Below are positions 16,409 to 22,818 of a DNA stretch of 24,000 nt, one piece after another. The stretch is taken from contig CAYGPM010000015.1 of NCBI GenBank assembly GCA_964351965.1, positions 5,306-29,305 of the forward strand, written 5' to 3'. The DNA comes from an uncultured Hyphobacterium sp. Lineage in GTDB: Bacteria; Bacteroidota; Bacteroidia; Cytophagales; CCMP332. Position 1 is the stretch's first letter, and each line of letters begins with the position of its first letter. The translations under genes and the position numbers were made by a program. The notes beneath the pieces were generated by a model, which searched no databases, was not told the DNA's origin, and saw nothing but the letters and a program-made list of their open reading frames with translations.

Positions 16409-18862
16409 TTGTTAAAGATATTTTCGTCTAAGGTATTTGACATGAACGAATTTGATATTGTATTTAAACTGGACTCCTCATTCAAGGTATTGTTTGCGAA
16501 TGATACATTTTATGAAGTTCTGAAATTGGAGAAAAGCCAAGTTCGGAGTATCACATTATTTGATATCATCAGTCCGGAATACAGATCAAACATTGAAATA
16601 CTTCATGAAAATCTGTTAAAGGATTCAGACAAAAAGCATGAACTGGAAATACCTTGCCAAAGCGGTTCAGGAGAAAAAATCTGGCTGAGAATTACCATTC
16701 AAAAAAGTAGTTCAATCGATGAGAGCCTGAAATTCATTGCAATTGCAAAAGATCATACAGATCGCATCTATACCAAAAAGCTTGTTTTGTCAAATGAGCA
16801 AAAGTATCGCGAAATCATTGAAAACATTGATCTCGGATTGATGGAAGTAGATTTGGCTGAAAATATTCTGTTTGCCAATGAGTCATTTTGTAAAAGCACT
16901 GGATATACACTTGAAGAAATAAAAGGAAAAAATGCAAGCAAAGTATTTGCCCCTGAAGATGTCCGTTTCCAAAAATTAATTGGAGAACACAATGACTTAA
17001 GGATGGAGGGCAAGTCTACCGTATATGAAATGAGTCTGACAAAAAAAGACGGCACACATGCCTGGATGATGATCAGTGGGGCACCTGTAAAAGACATCAA
17101 TGGAAAAGTTGTAGGGTCTATTGGTATTCATCACGATATCACATCAAGGAAGTTAGAGGAAATAAATAAGAAAAGTCTTTTAAAGGAATTAGAATCCAGA
17201 AACAAAGAATTAATCAAAAATCAGGAATTCCTGAAAGCCATTAATGACTTTGTCACCGGATTAATGCACAGCAACAATATTGAAGATATCGTACATAATA
17301 TTACGCAGGGTACCATCGAAAAATTCCAGTTCGAGGATTGTGTGGTTTATTTAATGAATGAGCAGAAGACGGAGCTTCATCAAATAACTGCATATGGTCC
17401 CAAGAATAATAATGGGAAAATCAATAACCCAATCGTCATTCCGTTGGGTCAGGGAATTGTAGGAAGTGTCGCTAAAAGTGGAAGAGCAGAAATTATAAAT
17501 GATACAAGCAAGGACCCACGATATATAGTTGACGATGAAATGCGATATTCGGAACTGGCAGTTCCCATCATTTCCGATGAGGAAGTAATTGGTGTTATCG
17601 ATTCAGAGCATAGCCAAAAGAATTTTTTCAAAAAGGCACATTTAGAAACCCTCACTACCATAGCAAATTTGTCTGCTACCAAAATCAAAAGTTCAATCAT
17701 ACGTTCCAAAAAATCGATTTCAGACAGGGCTTTGATTGAAAGTGAAGAAAAATTAAGATCCATTATTAATTCTTCTCTCGATGCGGTAATAACCATCGAT
17801 GAATCCGGAATTGTAACCGAATGGAATCCTCAGGCAATCGAATTATTCAACTTTTCCAAAGAAGAGGCCATCGGAGAAAAACTATCCAATCTGATCATCC
17901 CCGAAGAATTCAGGGCCATGCACGACAAAGGAATGGAGCACTGGAGAAAAACCGGCGAAGGTCCTGTTTTGAATAAAAGAATCGAAATAGTTGGTATTAA
18001 CAAGGAGGGTCTATCTTTTCCAATTGAGCTGAGTATTGTTCCTGTAAAAAGTAAAGGGAAGCACTTTTTCTCTGCATTTGTAAGAGATATCACGCCAAGA
18101 AAAGAAGCCGAAAAACAAATGCATGATGCTCTCGAAAAGCAGAAAGAATTGGTGGAGTTAAAATCCCGATTTGTATCAATGACATCTCATGAGTTCAGAA
18201 CCCCTTTAACTACCGTGAAAGTCAATATAGAATTGATTGAATATCAGCTGGAAAAGTTAAATGCCGAAATGGGTAACAAATTCAGAAAAAACTTCAGCAG
18301 GATCGCTTCAGAAGTAAAAAGGCTCACAGAATTAATGGATGACATTCTGATTATCGGAAGAATTGAATCAGGAAAAACACCATTTAAACCAAAGAAAATC
18401 AATATTGTAGAATTCATAAGGCAAATCGTTGACACATCATTTTCCAAAAGAAGAGATGGTCGAAAGGTGGAATTTTTCAGCAATGAAAATGAGATAGAAG
18501 GGATGATCGATCCGCATGTATATGATCATATTGTGTGCAATCTTTTGTCAAATGCATTGAAATACTCAAAAGGAAAAGCAAATCCTGAAATACATCTCAA
18601 TAAAAAAGACGATTGTCTGGAAATCCGGGTAAGGGATTATGGCATAGGGATACCGGAACATGATCTCGAAAATATTTTTGACTCATTTTACAGAGCATCA
18701 AATGTTGAAAATATTCAGGGTACAGGACTGGGTTTGGCTATAGTAAAAGAATACGCTGAGATGCATAATGCAAGCCTAAGCATAGAGTCCATTCTCAATA
18801 AAGGAACAGAAATAACAATTAAACAACCAATTGAATCAAATACACTGATTACTGCAGAATAA
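16409..18862 (+). CDS. Soluble sensor histidine kinase, PAS-PAS-GAF-PAS-HisKA-HATPase_c
   Basis: No TM segments. PAS-like blocks (ILFANESFCKSTGYTLEEIKGKN; DESGIVTEWNPQAIELFNFSKEEAIGE). GAF (GQGIVGSVAKSGRAEIINDTSKDPRY...AVPI). H-box SHEFRTPLT. N and G boxes (NLLSNALKYS, DYGIGIP, GTGLGLAIV). The track start at 16409 is a TTG; ATG 16442 (MNEFDIVF...) is more likely. Confidence 0.9.
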   Translation: MLKIFSSKVFDMNEFDIVFKLDSSFKVLFANDTFYEVLKLEKSQVRSITLFDIISPEYRSNIEILHENLLKDSDKKHELEIPCQSGSGEKIWLRITIQKSSSIDESLKFIAIAKDHTDRIYTKKLVLSNEQKYREIIENIDLGLMEVDLAENILFANESFCKSTGYTLEEIKGKNASKVFAPEDVRFQKLIGEHNDLRMEGKSTVYEMSLTKKDGTHAWMMISGAPVKDINGKVVGSIGIHHDITSRKLEEINKKSLLKELESRNKELIKNQEFLKAINDFVTGLMHSNNIEDIVHNITQGTIEKFQFEDCVVYLMNEQKTELHQITAYGPKNNNGKINNPIVIPLGQGIVGSVAKSGRAEIINDTSKDPRYIVDDEMRYSELAVPIISDEEVIGVIDSEHSQKNFFKKAHLETLTTIANLSATKIKSSIIRSKKSISDRALIESEEKLRSIINSSLDAVITIDESGIVTEWNPQAIELFNFSKEEAIGEKLSNLIIPEEFRAMHDKGMEHWRKTGEGPVLNKRIEIVGINKEGLSFPIELSIVPVKSKGKHFFSAFVRDITPRKEAEKQMHDALEKQKELVELKSRFVSMTSHEFRTPLTTVKVNIELIEYQLEKLNAEMGNKFRKNFSRIASEVKRLTELMDDILIIGRIESGKTPFKPKKINIVEFIRQIVDTSFSKRRDGRKVEFFSNENEIEGMIDPHVYDHIVCNLLSNALKYSKGKANPEIHLNKKDDCLEIRVRDYGIGIPEHDLENIFDSFYRASNVENIQGTGLGLAIVKEYAEMHNASLSIESILNKGTEITIKQPIESNTLITAE

Positions 18863-18882
18863 TAGAATATAATTTTAAAACC

Positions 18883-19611
18883 ATGGATAGATATAGAGTT
18901 TTGATAGTAGAAGACGACCAGATGATTGCTGAAAGTCTTAAGGATATTTTAGAAACACTTGATATGGACGTTGCTGGTATTGCAACAAATGCAAAAGACG
19001 CACTTCACTTATTGGATTCAAGCCAACCTGATCTGGCGCTACTCGATATACAGATTAATGGAGACAAAGATGGACTTGAGTTAGCCGATTTAATTAAGGA
19101 GCAGTCGGATCTACCTTTTATTTTCACCACTGCCTTTGCTGATTCAAATACATTGGAAAAGGCCAAGGATCTCGGCCCTTTTGGTTATGTAGTCAAACCA
19201 TATGGCATCAAGGATGTCAATGCGGCAATTCGCATAGCCATGCAAAACCATGAATCTGTTCAAAATTTGAAGAAGTCTCGTGATGAAGCATTAATTAAAA
19301 ACAATCACCTGTATGTACGTTCGAACTCCAAACTGGTGAAAATTGAGGACAAAGAAATTCAGTATATAGAAGCAAAAGGGGATTATGCCATATTTAAGAC
19401 AGATAAAAAATCCTATATCGTTCATACAACCATGAAGAATGTCGAAGACAAACTGAATGGTTCCGGATTTCTTAAAGTTCACAGGTCATTCATAGTAAAT
19501 CTTGACAAAATTGAAGATATAGAAGATTCCAATTTATTGATTCAGGATAAAATCATCCCGATATCAAGAGCCAACAAAGACCTTTTAATGCAAAGGATTA
19601 ACCTATTGTAG
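18883..19611 (+). CDS. LytTR-family response regulator (REC + LytTR DNA-binding domain)
   Basis: Canonical receiver (LIVEDD, LALLDIQ with acceptor Asp, FTTA, VVKP). C-terminal YIEAKGDYAIFKT...FLKVHRSFIVNLDKI is the LytTR signature. Lies 20 nt after the kinase stop. Confidence 0.9.
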   Translation: MDRYRVLIVEDDQMIAESLKDILETLDMDVAGIATNAKDALHLLDSSQPDLALLDIQINGDKDGLELADLIKEQSDLPFIFTTAFADSNTLEKAKDLGPFGYVVKPYGIKDVNAAIRIAMQNHESVQNLKKSRDEALIKNNHLYVRSNSKLVKIEDKEIQYIEAKGDYAIFKTDKKSYIVHTTMKNVEDKLNGSGFLKVHRSFIVNLDKIEDIEDSNLLIQDKIIPISRANKDLLMQRINLL

Positions 19612-19634
19612 CCTTGAACCTATCCATGTTGAAG

Positions 19635-19665
19635 ACCTTCGGAATAATTCTGAAGGTTTTTTTTT
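19635..19665 (+). terminator. Rho-independent terminator of the kinase/regulator operon
   Basis: ACCTTCGGAA-taa-TTCTGAAGGT (10-bp stem including one G-U pair) followed by a run of T. Confidence 0.8.
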
Positions 19666-19666
19666 G

Positions 19667-19698
19667 CATTTCATCGACAGATCCCTGCACTTCATCGA
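19667..19698 (+). promoter_or_regulatory. Two 11-bp direct repeats CATTTCATCGA / CACTTCATCGA, 21-bp period (candidate LytTR box), upstream of the 134-aa ORF
   Basis: Repeats at 19667-19677 and 19688-19698, 10/11 identical. The proximal repeat ends 41 nt before ATG 19740. A near-consensus -7 box cATTTTTG lies at 19728-19735. Confidence 0.5.
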
Positions 19699-19739
19699 AA
19701 TATCCCCTCCAGGCTAGAATTATTAAGCATTTTTGAAAC

Positions 19740-20144
19740 ATGAAAACACTAAAAATGATACTTCTGATAGCTATTGTAACGATTTACAATCTTCAGGCAG
19801 AAACGTTAGGTTCAGAAATTTCTTCAGAGGTGAATAGAAATGAATCAAATGAAATCAGGTTTGATACCAATAAAGTTGGGATGGATGTTTCAATACTTTT
19901 ATTGTGCGGCCAGGTTTATTATGATGAGGCGATTTCTTTGACTAATAATTTAAACGAGGTTCAAAATCTTCACAAGATCTTCGAAATTCAGGAAGAAATG
20001 GTCAGATTACTGGAAATATCATCTCTATATGTTGAAATTGCCAGAAAAATGGATTCAGACAGTAAGGTGATTTTCGAACTTGAGGAAAAATTAAATATTG
20101 CCCTAAACAAGCGTTCAAATACTCAACTTTTGACATCGAGATAA
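19740..20144 (+). CDS. Hypothetical small secreted protein (134 aa), predicted helical
   Basis: Signal peptide MKTLKMILLIAIVTIYNLQA-ET. No recognisable domain. It has its own terminator and upstream phased repeats. Confidence 0.6.
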   Translation: MKTLKMILLIAIVTIYNLQAETLGSEISSEVNRNESNEIRFDTNKVGMDVSILLLCGQVYYDEAISLTNNLNEVQNLHKIFEIQEEMVRLLEISSLYVEIARKMDSDSKVIFELEEKLNIALNKRSNTQLLTSR

Positions 20145-20170
20145 TGCAAACAAATAGATTCACCTGAAAT

Positions 20171-20198
20171 CCGAAGAGATCAAGCTTCGGGTTTTTTT
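20171..20198 (+). terminator. Rho-independent terminator
   Basis: CCGAAG-agatcaag-CTTCGG followed by G and seven T. Confidence 0.75.
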
Positions 20199-20332
20199 AT
20201 GCTCTTTCCAACAAAAAAATGGACTTGACTTCAACAAATGCCGTACCACCAGCATTGACTCGGAATCTTATCTTCCTTTAAGAATTACCTTCTTAATTAT
20301 TGAATTTCTGAAATGGTATACAACGGTCCCGG

Positions 20333-20436
20333 CTATGCGTAGTGCGGGTTTTCAAGGCACTTCACTTTCCGTTTAGCAGTTAGTTTATTTAATGCAATTA
20401 CTTTCATATCAGCACTTTCGCCCGCATTACGTATAG
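20333..20436 (+). ncRNA. Candidate structured RNA in the IS110 5' non-coding end (16-bp closing stem)
   Basis: 20333-20348 (CTATGCGTAGTGCGGG) pairs with 20421-20436 (CCCGCATTACGTATAG): 14 Watson-Crick pairs plus 2 G-U pairs on the plus-strand transcript only. Confidence 0.3.
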
Positions 20437-20481
20437 TTCCCATGTAATAATCTTCATCGTTAATCTTAAAAAAAGACTAAT

Positions 20482-21569
20482 ATGGAGCAAATTACAGAAA
20501 AGTGTCTATATGTAGGTATAGACGTTCACAAAAGACAATGGAGTGTAAGTATTTTCACTTCAGTCATCCACCACAAAACATTGTGCCTCCGCTAAAGCTT
20601 CAGCGACACGCGGTCAGCCAACCACCAGAGCCTGCGGCACTACAGAGTTACATTGATAAGTATTTTAAGGGTTATCGAGTAATTTGTGCATATGAGGCTT
20701 GTAAGTTTGGATTTTGGATACACCGAGAACTTACCGCATTTGGCTTTGAATGTTTGGTGGTTAATCCTGCTGATATTCCCACTACCAATAAAGAATCCTC
20801 TGAAAAGACGGACCCTATTGATAGCTGCAAAATAGCACGAGCCCTTCAAGGTGGATTGCTACGTGGAATATATGTACCCGACGAGTGTACATTGGGTCAC
20901 CGTCAGCTTTTCCGTTACCGCAAAAAGCTTTGGGCTGATTTGGTAAGGGTAAAGAATAGGATTAAAGATAAACTGCTGTTCAATGGTATTGAAATTCCGA
21001 AGGAGCATGACAAACCTTATTGGTCAAAAGCTTTTCTGAAGTGGCTAATCAAAGTAGAGTTTAAATCTCGCCATACACGAGCGACCTTGGACCACCTATT
21101 AGAACACTATGAGATGATTTACCGCCATTTTCTCAAAGTATCTATTGAAGTAAGAGCACTGCATAAATTGACCAAATACAAAGAAGCCGCAAAGCGTCTC
21201 AGACAGATTCCAGGCATTGGTCCGCTTACTTCGGTACTATTACTCATTGAAATCGAAGACATTAACCGCTTTAAAAACTTCAAACACTTCAATGGATACC
21301 TTGGGCTAAAGCCAATGGTACACAGTAGTGGCGATAAAGAGCGAAAAGGATACATGACCTATAGAAGTAATCATGCCTTGCGAAGTAGTTTGGTAGAATG
21401 TGCCTGGACTGCGGTACAGCGCGACCCTGTGATGTTGAGTTGTTATGAAGATCTTATAACAAGGCACACAAAAAAGAGAGCGATTGTAAAGATAGCGAGA
21501 AAACTAGCCAGCCGAATCTATAGAGTATTAAAAGAAAAAGAAGATTATGAATTAGGTGTGGTAAAGTAA
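20482..21569 (+). pseudogene. IS110-family transposase, disrupted (in-frame TAA plus frameshift near codon 38)
   Basis: ATG 20482 gives MEQITEKCLYVGIDVHKRQWSVSIFTSVIHHKTLCLR* (stop 20593-20595) and carries the first catalytic Asp motif. The rest (SQPPEPAALQSYIDKY...CAYEACKFG...VVNPADIP...KTDPIDS...IPGIGPLTS...HSSGDKERKG) is in another frame, running to 21569. The track start at 20502 is a GTG artefact. Confidence 0.8.
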
Positions 21570-21625
21570 AATAAAAAGGACAGTCTAATTTTAAAGGTTT
21601 GAAAAATAGAACTAATTTAGAATCT

Positions 21626-21799
21626 GCTCTGGACCACTCAACACTGTGTGTGGCGTCCATGCCCTGAGTATGGCGACCACTATTTTATAGTATGTGGCCA
21701 GAGCTATTTTTACAGAAACTAATAGGAATGTGTGGCGCTCCTAATTTTAAGGACGACCACTAATGCCTGCCTGCCGGCAGGCAGGGAAGCATGTTTTTT
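21626..21799 (+). ncRNA. Candidate structured RNA in the IS110 3' non-coding end (nested stem, two paralogous hairpins, GC hairpin plus T-run)
   Basis: Outer stem 21626-21637 with 21694-21704. Hairpin A at 21650-21680 and hairpin B at 21732-21760 share the GTGG/CCAC stems and a CGy/CGA internal loop. 20-nt perfect palindrome at 21766-21785. Confidence 0.3.
21766..21799 (+). terminator. GC-rich hairpin with downstream T-run (terminator-like)
   Basis: CCTGCCTGCC|GGCAGGCAGG is a perfect palindrome, followed 8 nt later by TTTTTT (21794-21799). The spacing is longer than in a canonical intrinsic terminator. Confidence 0.4.
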
Positions 21800-22016
21800 A
21801 TTTTCTAAACTTTAAAAATTGAATTTTTCGTCGTGAGAGGCCTTTTCATTTATCCCCTTTAAATGGTGGGACAGGAACTGGTATGTCCGGGTGAAAACAG
21901 AGACAGACGAAAAGATAATTGAATTTTAAATGGAAGATTACAAGCAAGCATTGCGAATCAAGCGTTTAATTGTATGTTTGAATGAAAGAGATTATTCATG
22001 GAACCCTTTGTTGTGG

Positions 22017-22769
22017 CTAGTTTTTATTTATTCTAAACACATTTATCTTTCCCTGATTCGTAAATCCCAAGATTTTATATATTCCTTTACCGAGTTCTGT
22101 CGCCTGTATTTCAACAGCTTTGCATTGAAGTTCTTTTGATTTAGTCAGGCATTCATTGGTCATTTTTAGTCCAAATCCTTTTTTTCTAGCTGATTTTTTA
22201 GTCGAGACTAGATATACTCCTGCTATTTTATCATTTACAAATAAAAATGAGGTTGCAACTGGTTGTTGTTTGTATAGTCCCAAGAAAAAGCTACAGTTAC
22301 CATCATTCAAAAGCGAATTAAAAATAGTAGCACTCAATGGGAAGTTTCCCATTAACTCTTCTTCCACTATAGATAGCCAATTACTAAGATCATTTTCGCT
22401 CTCAACTTGAATTATTTGAAAGTCTTTATCGGGGTTTAGCGTTGTTATGTGCTCTAAGTTGTGGGTCATTGCATGCCAAAGACTAGACTTGTAATTTCTT
22501 TTATTTATCATTTTCGATAATGATTGAGAATTTAAGTCTGGATTTAGCATTAGCAGGCTCGGAATACTTCCATTTAAAGATTCTTTTTCAATTAGATCCA
22601 ATACATCATTGATGCTATTTTCAGTACTCTTCAAGTTAAATAATTGATTTGGCCATACTGAGCCTTTTGTTTGGATAAAGTCAAAATACTCAGCTTGTCT
22701 GAAGTTTTGACCTGGAAAGCTTCCAATCAATCTAAATAGTTGCTCAATATTCTTTTGAGAGTATTTCAT
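22017..22769 (-). CDS. GNAT-family N-acetyltransferase
   Basis: C-terminal acetyl-CoA-binding segment GVYLVSTKKSARKKGFGLKMTNECL (R/Q-x-x-G-x-G/A type). The N-terminal 130 aa are of unclear function. Confidence 0.75.
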   Translation of the reverse strand: MKYSQKNIEQLFRLIGSFPGQNFRQAEYFDFIQTKGSVWPNQLFNLKSTENSINDVLDLIEKESLNGSIPSLLMLNPDLNSQSLSKMINKRNYKSSLWHAMTHNLEHITTLNPDKDFQIIQVESENDLSNWLSIVEEELMGNFPLSATIFNSLLNDGNCSFFLGLYKQQPVATSFLFVNDKIAGVYLVSTKKSARKKGFGLKMTNECLTKSKELQCKAVEIQATELGKGIYKILGFTNQGKINVFRINKN

Positions 22770-22818
22770 TTTAAATGTTCGTTAAGATACATCCTTTACA
22801 AAAGTTAAAGATTAGGGT

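Larger units (their letters stand above)
20299..21826 (+). mobile_element. IS110-family insertion sequence (boundaries approximate)
   Basis: DEDD/Transposase_20-type transposase gene with long non-coding flanks and no terminal inverted repeats, as usual for the family. The 9-mer ATTGAATTT occurs at 20299-20307 and 21818-21826. That would give an element of about 1.5 kb, a normal IS110 size. Confidence 0.5.

Noticed and set aside
16768-18483. Minus-strand ORFs inside the kinase gene (16768-17100, 17449-17796, 17830-18093, 18244-18483)
   Set aside because: They are antisense shadows with low-complexity, Ser/Leu/Ile-rich translations. The plus-strand frame has unambiguous PAS/GAF/HisKA/HATPase motifs.
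19740-20144. The 134-aa secreted protein as a peptide-pheromone or bacteriocin precursor of an agr/com-like LytTR circuit
   Set aside because: The kinase has no membrane sensor domain. The protein is long, has an ordinary signal peptide rather than a double-glycine leader, and no processing or export genes are adjacent.
20570-20600. Programmed -1 ribosomal frameshift in the IS110 transposase
   Set aside because: There is no X-XXY-YYZ slippery heptamer at the frame junction, and the family is not known to frameshift. A 14-nt TCAGC-flanked insertion plus a TAA explains the split.
21930-22139. Plus-strand 69-aa ORF next to or overlapping the GNAT gene, and tiny ORFs in the IS110 flanks (for example ATG at 20219, 20 codons)
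   Set aside because: No recognisable features, and they overlap a well-supported gene or structured non-coding sequence. These are probably chance ORFs in AT-rich DNA.
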